IMG/VR virus record: IMGVR_UViG_3300011008_000016
Location: 64,001-128,000 of that record
Source: a virus
Lineage: Duplodnaviria > Caudoviricetes
Length of the DNA: 64,000 nucleotides
Strand: one strand, 5' to 3'
Of this stretch, positions 1-9,168 are shown piece by piece (positions within the stretch are counted from its first letter, which is position 1; the number at the start of each line of letters is the position of its first letter). The notes beneath the pieces are model-generated. The model saw only the letters and a list, made by a program, of their open reading frames with translations. It was not told where the DNA came from and made no database searches. Both the position numbers and the translations under genes were made by a program.

Positions 1-187
1 CAGCATCTGCATCCTGAATTGTTTCATACCATCTATATGGAAGTAATCCTAAACAACCGACTGTAGAACCCTCGATTTTACCGATATTTGTATCAATGTA
101 TTTTTGTAAAATAAAAACTTGTAATACTCCCTTTGTGAGTACAAAGTTTTGCTTATCTTTTTTAAGAATCTTTGATAAGTTCTCCAT
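1..187 (-). CDS. hypothetical protein (partial, runs off window)
   Basis: ATG at 187 after a GAGGTG RBS; frame MENLSKILKKDKQNFVLTKG... is open to the window edge. Confidence 0.7.
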   Translation of the reverse strand, partial: MENLSKILKKDKQNFVLTKGVLQVFILQKYIDTNIGKIEGSTVGCLGLLPYRWYETIQDADA

Positions 188-217
188 AACAATCACCTCA
201 CTTTATCTTTTTGTGGA

Positions 218-1282
218 TTAAGTGAACGCTACCTTGTATGCATTAATGATGGTATCCATCATACGAATGGTCTCCCTATAGGCAATCTTCTCAAAGAATC
301 CCATATGCCGTTTCACGTTTATTAGCATTTGAATATCATTCGTCAAATTAGATAGCCATGTCTGGAATCCAATGTATGTGCAACGTGTCATGTCAGTAAG
401 CATATGTGTTATGGATTCATTACCATATTCGGCTGTGCCATTTTTAAGTTGGTATAATCTGCCGTCATCCAATTCGTTAGCATACATTCGGGTAGTATAT
501 AAATACATGACAGGAATGAATTCTACCCAGCCTTCAATATTAGTATATCTGCGTAAAATGGATTGTATTTCTGGCGGATATGACGTAATGCTATCATCAT
601 TGATTTTTTGATACATATATAATGGTCGCGTAATGTTTTCTCTATAATGAGAAAGGTCACTACTATACCCACCATCTGGCTTAATATCAGATATCATTCC
701 GAAATAATCGTTCATTGCTTCAGCCTGTTTCGCATTACTGATAACATAAAATTTTTCATCCTTGAATGTATCAATAAGTTGGACATCCCAGCTATCTAAT
801 CGATGATAATAAAACTTAGTATCTGACGTTTTGAAACATAAGCTTGCAAATTTGTAAGGTAACGGATCATCAAGCTGAGTGATAACATCCGGTATATCGT
901 TGATAGTAATACCATCTGTCGGTATCATTGAATTATTGGGTGCCCTTTTATCATCTGTTTTTCCATTGCAGAAATCTTTGACAGATGCCAGATCAGAAAG
1001 ATAGATATCCAGCATCTTATTGATCATAAACTTGATATCTTCTAATCTCTCTGGTGAACTATTTAACTCCGACTTATATTCATCCATCATCTTATCAAAC
1101 ATCATCTTGCGAATATTTGATTTTTCGATATCTTTCATAATAGCAGTATCCGTATCTTTAATTACTGCGTTAATAATAACGTTCTGATCATTTTTGATTG
1201 CTTCAGAACCTTCATTCAAAGCTTTTGAATCCTCTTTATTCATATATTCGGATACGGCTCCGAGTGCCGATTTTCCATTCAT
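218..1282 (-). CDS. hypothetical protein
   Basis: 354 aa ORF, AAAGGAGG RBS. Confidence 0.8.
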   Translation of the reverse strand: MNGKSALGAVSEYMNKEDSKALNEGSEAIKNDQNVIINAVIKDTDTAIMKDIEKSNIRKMMFDKMMDEYKSELNSSPERLEDIKFMINKMLDIYLSDLASVKDFCNGKTDDKRAPNNSMIPTDGITINDIPDVITQLDDPLPYKFASLCFKTSDTKFYYHRLDSWDVQLIDTFKDEKFYVISNAKQAEAMNDYFGMISDIKPDGGYSSDLSHYRENITRPLYMYQKINDDSITSYPPEIQSILRRYTNIEGWVEFIPVMYLYTTRMYANELDDGRLYQLKNGTAEYGNESITHMLTDMTRCTYIGFQTWLSNLTNDIQMLINVKRHMGFFEKIAYRETIRMMDTIINAYKVAFT

Positions 1283-1304
1283 AAGTCCTCCTTTACTGGT
1301 AAAT

Positions 1305-1330
1305 GGGTTGTAGTCCGAAGACTACAACCC
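1305..1330. terminator. hairpin / probable terminator
   Basis: GGGTTGTAGTC-CGAA-GACTACAACCC, 11-bp stem between two genes. Confidence 0.6.
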
Positions 1331-1339
1331 TACCATATG

Positions 1340-2731
1340 TTATTTTCCTTCAAAGTAGCTCAGGAATTTCTTAATTCCTTCTTTCATAATATCAGCAGTT
1401 TTCTCGTCCATCTGATTATTCAAGAGTTGTCCGAGAGTGATGTATAATGCCGAGTGGAAGACTTCATCTTCTTTATTAGGAAGACTCATTCCAAGACTTC
1501 GGATAATAAAGAACACAGTGAAACCTTCTAATCCGGTAGGATAATCATCCAACGGAATTACCTTGTATTCTAAGCTATCCTTCGGATCATTGGATAAGAA
1601 TCCAAATAGATTAAGATTGATCTTTGCCGTTTTGAGTTTTCCCTGATACCGTTTTCCGATATCCTGAATCTTGTTATCATTCCGGAAATCCTTCAGAGCA
1701 TTATCAATGATTGAAGGTCTCTTTTCAACCAATTCAATCATATTTTCCAATGTATACGCTGATCGGATTGCCTTAGCCTTTTTCAACTCAGCTTTTTTAC
1801 GTTTATCATCTTCCCGGATAAGGGTCGGCATCTTTTTTGTAACCATATCATCCAACGTATGGTCATCCATGTCCTTGTTGGTTGATGTTACATATTTCCG
1901 ATAAGCTTCCGCCAGTGCATCCTCATCAGTCGGTTTCTCCGAACGCTCAATCAAAAACTTTACGTACTTATAGAGCGTATTACTGTTCATATTCAGAGCG
2001 TTGTTGATATCTGCTGTAAGTTCAGCCGTCGCTTCATCAAGTTTCTTGGTTTCTTCTTCAATCTTTGCCAGATATTCATCATTCTGTTTAAAGTAAAGAA
2101 GCATACCCCTCTTGAACTGAAGTTCATCTGATTTATTATTGACGGCTGTCTCCCCGCTGAGTTCCAGAATCTCATGTGTTATCGGATGTTCAAAGAATGA
2201 TTCAATTCGTTCATTTACCTTTTTATCAGTGATTGGTCCTTCCAGATGCTTATTCAATGCATCAAACGAATCCCATTTATCCAAATGATATTGGATAACT
2301 TCATCGGGAGTATTGATCGCCCCTTCAACATCTCCCAAGGATACGTTTTTCAGGTTCTGAAATGAATGAGAGGCAATTTCATGCTTCTGGGCTCTTGCAT
2401 TATTCATATTCTGCTTCATATTGTTAAGCTGGGCTGTAGTTTTGATGAGTTCGGTAGACTTTTCAAAATCGATGGAATCGAAATCAATCTCCTCCGCCTT
2501 TTTTGATGAATCTTTAACCTGTACCGGATTTTGATTGTCATCCAGTGAAGTCCCATAACTTTCTGGTTCATCAGGGATCGCATAAGAATCCATCTTAGGT
2601 TCATCTCTCATTCTCATACGGTCTTTAATGACCATTGGTTTATCTTCCTGAATCGGAGATGGTGCATTTACAAATTCATCTCTTTCCTTTCCTCCGAAAT
2701 CATGTATGACCATTGCATTAGAATCCATCAT
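1340..2731 (-). CDS. hypothetical coiled-coil protein
   Basis: 463 aa ORF, AAAGGAG RBS. Confidence 0.8.
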   Translation of the reverse strand: MMDSNAMVIHDFGGKERDEFVNAPSPIQEDKPMVIKDRMRMRDEPKMDSYAIPDEPESYGTSLDDNQNPVQVKDSSKKAEEIDFDSIDFEKSTELIKTTAQLNNMKQNMNNARAQKHEIASHSFQNLKNVSLGDVEGAINTPDEVIQYHLDKWDSFDALNKHLEGPITDKKVNERIESFFEHPITHEILELSGETAVNNKSDELQFKRGMLLYFKQNDEYLAKIEEETKKLDEATAELTADINNALNMNSNTLYKYVKFLIERSEKPTDEDALAEAYRKYVTSTNKDMDDHTLDDMVTKKMPTLIREDDKRKKAELKKAKAIRSAYTLENMIELVEKRPSIIDNALKDFRNDNKIQDIGKRYQGKLKTAKINLNLFGFLSNDPKDSLEYKVIPLDDYPTGLEGFTVFFIIRSLGMSLPNKEDEVFHSALYITLGQLLNNQMDEKTADIMKEGIKKFLSYFEGK

Positions 2732-2743
2732 TGTTTCTCCTTT

Positions 2744-3493
2744 CTAAATGTTTGATAGGTGAGTTCTGATGTCAGAACGTAATGACATGGATATATCATC
2801 CGCATAAGACCCAACTTCACCACTTATATACTGCTGATAAAAATCTCCCATCAGCATATCCTGATTGTAGTATGATATGATGTTGGCTATATAATAATCA
2901 CCATCATCGATCGTATCAAGAAACTCTGTTGCCTCAATTCCTGCTTCAGAAGAAATATACCGGATTACTTCATCCAGATTTGATAGAATCGGCACATTAT
3001 CTTTCGGTATATTCTTTTTCCGATTGGCTATGGTGGTAATATCACCACTTCTGGCATTGAGTCCCATTTGATTAGCAATGTCTTTTTTGTTACAGTCGAT
3101 ATACTGGATAAAGAAGTTGATTGTATTCCGATGTTTATCCAGAACAAAGAAATGATACAATGTTTCCAGTATATCTAATGAGCCATCAACTGACTCTTCG
3201 TTTATGTTGTTATATCCTAAGTTGTACTGGTTTATGATTGCGTGGATAAGTTGATTTGACCAATCAACTATTTCAGAACGAATACCCCTGATAGAATCAT
3301 CATCCGCATTTTCTTCAATGGCTCTGAACTTTCTGATAACGATTTCTAAGAAATCTCTTGTCGCATTGAAACCGTTTTCTATTTGGTCTCTAATGGATGT
3401 TTCCATTATGGGTAGCGACAATGATTCTAATAAGGAATCCGTACTTTGAGAGGCAATTTCCTCTACTGATAAATCTTCAATGTATTGTCCCAC
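2744..3493 (-). CDS. hypothetical protein (possibly virion)
   Basis: ORF; start moved to GTG 3493, which follows AAAGGAGGT. Confidence 0.75.
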   Translation of the reverse strand: MGQYIEDLSVEEIASQSTDSLLESLSLPIMETSIRDQIENGFNATRDFLEIVIRKFRAIEENADDDSIRGIRSEIVDWSNQLIHAIINQYNLGYNNINEESVDGSLDILETLYHFFVLDKHRNTINFFIQYIDCNKKDIANQMGLNARSGDITTIANRKKNIPKDNVPILSNLDEVIRYISSEAGIEATEFLDTIDDGDYYIANIISYYNQDMLMGDFYQQYISGEVGSYADDISMSLRSDIRTHLSNI

Positions 3494-3621
3494 GACGCTT
3501 ACCTCCTTTGATATAATTACTTTTAATGTAACCAAAGTATTTGTTTCTTATGAAAAAACTTACCAACCACGAATTTGTTGTACAATAAAATAATACTCAT
3601 ACAATATAGGAGGGAAATGAT

Positions 3622-3939
3622 ATGACATATACTGAAATTACAATCAATACGGAAGACTACAATCAAGTGTATCTTGGTGATGCAACGATTGAGTTTGTCC
3701 CATCTTATCGTAACGGAAGTAATAATGGAATGCTCTGTAAAGTCAGTGTATTCGGGAAAGTTGCGTTCTCTGCACCTATCACCAAGGATAAAACTATCTG
3801 TATTTGCGGGAATGTTACCGGAAAAACCCAGAAAGTATATGTTAAAGTTAAGGGAAGTCTTAATTATACTCCGGGAAATTATGGGAAGGTAACATCTACA
3901 TTCCGTATCGGCATAGATGTAAAAGACCGTGTACGATAA
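3622..3939 (+). CDS. hypothetical beta-rich protein
   Basis: 105 aa, AGGAGG RBS, TACA-N6-TAA motif at 3581-3592. Confidence 0.75.
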   Translation: MTYTEITINTEDYNQVYLGDATIEFVPSYRNGSNNGMLCKVSVFGKVAFSAPITKDKTICICGNVTGKTQKVYVKVKGSLNYTPGNYGKVTSTFRIGIDVKDRVR

Positions 3940-3956
3940 CAATGACAATCGAATAA

Positions 3957-3993
3957 TGAAGTAACGGTGGAAATCCAAACCACCGTTACTTCA
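3957..3993. terminator. bidirectional terminator hairpin
   Basis: TGAAGTAACGGTGG...CCACCGTTACTTCA between convergent genes. Confidence 0.7.
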
Positions 3994-3999
3994 GTGTCG

Positions 4000-6525
4000 T
4001 TATATCCACCCATCATCATTGTGGGATTTCTTTTTGGTACCAAATGCCGTATATTCCATACTGGATGCCTTACGATTATTTAGGTTTGCCCATTTTTCTC
4101 GTAGCATTGATGCTGGGCTATCCGCACTTGGAGACCTATCAACTGTTTGTTTTCCATATTCGGGATCAGCTTGTACCAAATCCTTTACAATAGAGCCCAT
4201 TTCATTATCAGCAACGGCCCGTAATGTCATACTCTTCTTTTCTTTGTATTTCTCTTCCAATCTGGTACGAACAGTACTTTCGTAGAATTGAGTCATTGTA
4301 GGGAATTGAGCACGAATAAGAGGGTTCTTATAAAGCTCTTCTAAGTTCTCAAATTCTTCATCGAGAACCATATCATCTGGTAATTCCCCTTTATGGAATC
4401 CATAACGTTCTAACTTTTCACCAAAATAGTATGCGTACATTGCAATACACCACGACATAACACAGTCATCGTGTTTATCAGCCGCAGCTTTAATGATATC
4501 ATTCTTTATAACCAGATTCTTAATGTCTTCCACTAAGTTTTCTGATCTTAGTATGTCTTTTCGGAATTTTACAGAATCTACCAGTATAGACATCATCATT
4601 CTTCTGGTTGTTGTCGTTGTATGAACACCATAATATTTCCGTCTCATCAATTCATCTTTTAAGAATCCTACATTATCGTATTTGTCTCTTGTAAGAAGTG
4701 TTTCAGGAGATGCTTCCGAAGAGGCATATATACGACTTTTAATCCAAGAATCTTTAAAGAAATCTATGAGTGTAATACCATTACGGTTACTTTCAACACA
4801 GATAATTGCTTTTGGTATCCATTTTGTAAGCATATATTCCAACAATTCTCGACACCCTTGTGGAGACATATATTCGTTCTTAAACTCAATAACAGTTTTA
4901 AACGTATATGGATCTATAACGGTCATTGCGTAATTATCAGAGCCAGTACCATCGGATGGGTCAAGTCCCAAGAAGTAAATTCTATTTTTTCTTATCTCTT
5001 CTTGAGGTACGTAGAATTTAATCTCATACATTCCGCCTTTTCCGAACTTAACAACTTCAACTGGTTTCTGTTGATTTTCATCAAGTTCAGTGATATCTTC
5101 TTCACTAAACGGTGACATATTGTTACCGGAGAACCTTTGAAGTAAGATTTCCCTACGAATCTTTGGAATGTTATTACCAACCGTAGAGCAAGCTCTTACA
5201 AACCAAGCTTCCCCAAGTCCCAATTGTTTGTAATTATATTCGATGTAAACAACTCGATAGTTTGTCTTCTTGACGATATACTTTTTAAACTCTAAAGGAT
5301 GTACATCGTAATATTTTTCACTCCAGACGACAGAATCTTCTACGATTTTTAGTGCAGAACCGCACTTCTTTTCGTTTGATAAGTCTCCCGGAGTAGTAGC
5401 AAACATCCGACATGAATGCATCCCATTCATTAGAGCGTTATATGAAGCTGTATTGAATGCCATACCTGAGACCTGTACAGTAGTTTCAATACAAGTGGTG
5501 AATTCTGCTTCATCAAAGAACTCAAAGTTATGAGTATCGCCACGACCAAGTTCGTCAGCAGTTTCTTCTGATATGGCACAATGCATAACATCCGCAGTAT
5601 TTCTGGTTACAGGTTCTGCGTATTTCGTAATGTTATTTGTTTTCTTAACAAGTCTACCAGAGTTATCATATGTTTTGGAACCCATATTAGCCATATATTT
5701 AGGGAGTAGACCAATATAAGTTACCATTCTCTTTAAGTTGGCTTTACTATTCTTTTCTTTATTGGCATAAAAAGCAAATCCACCATTGGTGATACCGAAC
5801 TTAAATGCCCAAGATAAGAAAGCACATAACCCAACCGATTTTCCAGTCTGTCGAGGTTTGATTAAATAGAAATTGATATCATTAATGAAACAATATGCTG
5901 CTGCAAGTGTCGCTCTATCTAATTCAAATTGTACAACACCCGCACCCTGTTGGGGTATTCTTACAACCTCTCTTAAATAATAGAAGAAGTTCAATTGACA
6001 TTCTTCTATGACCATCATTGCAACCTGAGGAGAGATATTCGGGTCGTGTGGATCTACTCCCTTTAGTTTGGGATTCAATAATAATAAAAAGAATTCATTA
6101 TTCCGAATCCCAAGCATCTTTAATTGCTCATGTACCTTTAAGAATGACTTATTCTTTGTTTCATGATCATAGATGGGACGCATTGCCCTATATCCGTTAA
6201 AATATGCCGGATTTGATACATCAGGGGAAATCGTTTGATGTATAGTATTACTTGATGGTGACTCATTTTTTGTGTCACCATCAAGTATTCTTTTCACAGC
6301 ATTATCATCCAGAACAGGAGAATCTTCAATATCTGTATTTACTACTTGTATATCTGGATTATCTGCGTTTATTTGGCTCATTCGTACCTTCTGTATCATA
6401 TCAGAAAGTGTCATTTGTTTTGGTTGATATGTTACTTGTACTTGCTCCTCTGATGTTTGTCGGGGTTCTTCATTACCGGCAGTTCTAAACTTAGGTCGAA
6501 GTTTTGATATGGGAGCGTATACCAA
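4000..6525 (-). CDS. terL: terminase large subunit
   Basis: Walker A KPRQTGKS, Walker B FFDEAEF, motif C ATTP, nuclease motifs GLDPSDG and HDDCVMS. Confidence 0.93.
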   Translation of the reverse strand: MVYAPISKLRPKFRTAGNEEPRQTSEEQVQVTYQPKQMTLSDMIQKVRMSQINADNPDIQVVNTDIEDSPVLDDNAVKRILDGDTKNESPSSNTIHQTISPDVSNPAYFNGYRAMRPIYDHETKNKSFLKVHEQLKMLGIRNNEFFLLLLNPKLKGVDPHDPNISPQVAMMVIEECQLNFFYYLREVVRIPQQGAGVVQFELDRATLAAAYCFINDINFYLIKPRQTGKSVGLCAFLSWAFKFGITNGGFAFYANKEKNSKANLKRMVTYIGLLPKYMANMGSKTYDNSGRLVKKTNNITKYAEPVTRNTADVMHCAISEETADELGRGDTHNFEFFDEAEFTTCIETTVQVSGMAFNTASYNALMNGMHSCRMFATTPGDLSNEKKCGSALKIVEDSVVWSEKYYDVHPLEFKKYIVKKTNYRVVYIEYNYKQLGLGEAWFVRACSTVGNNIPKIRREILLQRFSGNNMSPFSEEDITELDENQQKPVEVVKFGKGGMYEIKFYVPQEEIRKNRIYFLGLDPSDGTGSDNYAMTVIDPYTFKTVIEFKNEYMSPQGCRELLEYMLTKWIPKAIICVESNRNGITLIDFFKDSWIKSRIYASSEASPETLLTRDKYDNVGFLKDELMRRKYYGVHTTTTTRRMMMSILVDSVKFRKDILRSENLVEDIKNLVIKNDIIKAAADKHDDCVMSWCIAMYAYYFGEKLERYGFHKGELPDDMVLDEEFENLEELYKNPLIRAQFPTMTQFYESTVRTRLEEKYKEKKSMTLRAVADNEMGSIVKDLVQADPEYGKQTVDRSPSADSPASMLREKWANLNNRKASSMEYTAFGTKKKSHNDDGWI

Positions 6526-6530
6526 TTATA

Positions 6531-7829
6531 TCACCCCTCATATCCTGCTGGATATTTTACGTAAATGCCGTATTTATCCCCGATATTATCGACATTCTTT
6601 GACAAAATCTCTTTTCTCATTTCATTAAGTCTATCCAACCTGTCATCTTTAGGCAGATTCAGAACTCTACCCTTTGCTGCTTTAATCTGTTTTGTTTCCT
6701 CCTCTTTGATGGCATCAATGCAGTCATAGACTTTATGTATGAAATACATTTTATCTTCTGGTGTCTTGATATCATCAATCTGAACCTGAAGTACATCAAG
6801 GTCTCGTGATGTTACTTTCATTGCTTCAGTTATAGCAGATTCAGCCGCTTTCTTCTGCTGGTCATATTCCCTATTATATGCGTTTTCCATAAGGGACTTT
6901 GATGTCGAGGTTGTATACTTATCATCACCAGGGTCGTATCCAGTAAGGTTACGTCCAACGAAAGTCATAAGTTTCTTCTGGAAATGACTATTTGTCGGAT
7001 TGTTATATTGAGCCTGAATCTGCCGATTCAACATATCCCTACGATCCCGTAGCATTTCAACAGAATCCCTGGATAACTCAATACCGACTTCCTGCTCTTT
7101 GTCGAATGATTTTCCGTCTACAACCATTCGAGAACCTTCAGGAGAAGTAAGCAGATTTTCATTCATATAAGAAACTAATGCGCCCTTATATTCATCAGGT
7201 ACATAAGCATCCGCAGCCATTTCGCAAGCTTTCTGATCGTGCCTATCTCGAACGACAATAAAGAATTCCAATGTATGAGTAAACATCGGAAGAAGTATCG
7301 CCCTAACAATTCGGCTATTAGAAAGCATCATTTTCTCTAACATAGAAAATTCAAGGGACTTCACTTTGTAGTTATTGATAAGTCGAATCGGATTCTCTGT
7401 CATAACATGACCGATTTCATGACAAAGAAGTGCTACAAACTGTCGTCCATCCGTTACACATAAACGGTTTCCTTTTGTCAACACCCTTGTATCAATTTCA
7501 ATATGCCATTCATGAATTTCTGCCCATTTCCGGACAAACTCTGCATTGTTAGACCTTGGATTCGTGAGAATCTTAGTGAGTTCGTCTGACTTTGCATAGA
7601 GTTCACTGATATCGGGAGTTATTGACATAACAAATGCTGTTTTCGCATTCTGATTCCATGTAATAGTGACTCTCTTTGAAGGCATCAATGTGTTAGGAAT
7701 AACCCTTGCAAGAACATTATTTAGGCTCATAGCCATTGCTGGATTATTCTGTTTACTACTCAAAAAATAATTGACTTCATCCTCAATAATCTTGAGTTGA
7801 GCCAATTCTGATGTTGAGAATGTACTCAT
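6531..7829 (-). CDS. putative zinc metallopeptidase-like head protein
   Basis: LCHEIGH (HExxH) plus downstream EMAAD; start moved to ATG 7829 after AAAGGAG. Confidence 0.6.
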   Translation of the reverse strand: MSTFSTSELAQLKIIEDEVNYFLSSKQNNPAMAMSLNNVLARVIPNTLMPSKRVTITWNQNAKTAFVMSITPDISELYAKSDELTKILTNPRSNNAEFVRKWAEIHEWHIEIDTRVLTKGNRLCVTDGRQFVALLCHEIGHVMTENPIRLINNYKVKSLEFSMLEKMMLSNSRIVRAILLPMFTHTLEFFIVVRDRHDQKACEMAADAYVPDEYKGALVSYMNENLLTSPEGSRMVVDGKSFDKEQEVGIELSRDSVEMLRDRRDMLNRQIQAQYNNPTNSHFQKKLMTFVGRNLTGYDPGDDKYTTSTSKSLMENAYNREYDQQKKAAESAITEAMKVTSRDLDVLQVQIDDIKTPEDKMYFIHKVYDCIDAIKEEETKQIKAAKGRVLNLPKDDRLDRLNEMRKEILSKNVDNIGDKYGIYVKYPAGYEG

Positions 7830-7848
7830 TATAGTATGTCTCCTTTCT

Positions 7849-8109
7849 TTATTCGTATAACTCAATTCCTAATTCTTTTAATTCTTCCGGACTTAACTGG
7901 TCTAATCCTAAACCCGCCAATGCTTCTTTCTGAGTAATTGGTTGATTCGGGTCCCAAGGTTCATATCCAGATTCTATGAGATGCCCGATAAAAGCATCTA
8001 TGTCACAACCTGCATCTTTGAGTTTTAAGTCATCCCATTTTCCAGATTCAAGTTGTCTCTTTGCATATTCCCGATAAGCTTCTTCATTTGTACTGTAAGG
8101 TGTATCCAT
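7849..8109 (-). CDS. hypothetical protein
   Basis: ATG 8109 after AAAGGAG; late motif at 8141-8152. Confidence 0.7.
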   Translation of the reverse strand: MDTPYSTNEEAYREYAKRQLESGKWDDLKLKDAGCDIDAFIGHLIESGYEPWDPNQPITQKEALAGLGLDQLSPEELKELGIELYE

Positions 8110-8140
8110 AAGAAACTCCTTTCTGGCCAATAGTTTATCT

Positions 8141-8152
8141 TAGAATTGTGTT
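8141..8152 (-). promoter_or_regulatory. late-type promoter AACA-N6-TA (terminase operon)
   Basis: AACAcaattcTAAG on minus strand; one of about 16 copies upstream of genes. Confidence 0.7.
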
Positions 8153-8200
8153 GAATACGAGCATTCTAAATCAAATTCGTGATGGTGGATTATTCATGAA

Positions 8201-8208
8201 TATATTAA
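8201..8208 (+). promoter_or_regulatory. early-type promoter motif TATATTAA
   Basis: same motif recurs at 8424, 13998 (TATATTAT), 18567, 21271, 27224 (+) and 60282, 63507 (-). Confidence 0.55.
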
Positions 8209-8214
8209 ATCTTT

Positions 8215-8384
8215 ATACATAAGATAACCAATAACCATTTACTACTTAGATAAAGCGAAAATGCAGAGATACAGAAGTTAAGGAGCTATCAATTCGTATT
8301 ACAACTCTACGAAAGATAACCTTATTTCTGCATCTCTGCATTTTTCGTAGCAAGGGGGCGAAAGCCCCCTTCTACCCGTTTTTT
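8215..8384 (+). ncRNA. putative small hairpin RNA
   Basis: follows TATATTAA; long imperfect stem 8256-8347; GGGGGC-GAAA-GCCCCC terminator with T run; no ORF. Confidence 0.5.
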
Positions 8385-8438
8385 GTATATTTCCAAAATT
8401 CCGGTTCACAGACTTTTCGCAACTATATTAAATACTTA

Positions 8439-9040
8439 GATATACAGAATAAATCCAAAGATAATGCAATTAGAAAGGAACATTATCAGATTCTATATAT
8501 CGAGTCTATAGAAAGGAGTGAACCTTCGGTGAAAAACATTTGGTCAAACTTGGCACTTGCTACAACAGGGAAGCATAATCCAAATTATACAGGTGTCCAA
8601 GCGATGAGTGATTTACAGAAGAGACTGCCTGCAAGTACAAGGATTGCTACTCGTAATGTGTCCGCATTACACGTAACCCAAGACTTGCAAGGCAGTCTCA
8701 TTCTTCTGTAAGTTACCACCGTCAACCAGTGGTGATTGGTAACCGCAGTTTCATGGACGAGTATGATTCACATCGTTCAAATATTGCGGATAATCCCGAA
8801 CTGTTTGAATCTGACATTAATCAGATAATGGCAGTTCTGGGTTAAATCCCATCATTACGACATACCATCCATTCTAATTCTGCAATTATCAAATTGTTAT
8901 AATATAAATAATCTATTAGAATATGATGGTATGAGATGGTGCTACAGAAATCGTACCTTGACAACTGAATAAAATAGGGGTGGTCGGTCGCGACTCAACC
9001 ACCCCCCTTACACTATACACCCTATGATAATTTATAGGGC
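8439..9040 (+). ncRNA. putative large structured RNA (chain of about 9 hairpins)
   Basis: follows TATATTAA at 8424; back-to-back imperfect stems; only a 60-codon ORF inside. Confidence 0.5.
8529..8711 (+). CDS. possible small peptide inside the structured RNA
   Basis: GTG preceded by GAAAGGAG; 60 aa with no recognisable motif. Confidence 0.3.
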   Translation: MKNIWSNLALATTGKHNPNYTGVQAMSDLQKRLPASTRIATRNVSALHVTQDLQGSLILL

Positions 9041-9097
9041 CGCAGGTATATCCCGCGATTAATAAAATGTTATGTGTAGTTTAAATTATAATGATTA

Positions 9098-9138
9098 AAA
9101 CCGTAAAGGGTAACGACGATAGTTACCCTTTACGGTTT
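9098..9138. terminator. terminator of the capsid operon (bidirectional)
   Basis: 17-bp stem AAACCGTAAAGGGTAAC / GTTACCCTTTACGGTTT followed by a T run. Confidence 0.8.
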
Positions 9139-9168
9139 ATTTTTTTGTACTGTTTAACCGAACATTGC

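Noticed and set aside
8200-9100. CRISPR array, tRNA cluster or tmRNA
   Set aside because: No repeated direct repeats, no cloverleaf or TTCGA/CCA ends, no tmRNA termini seen.
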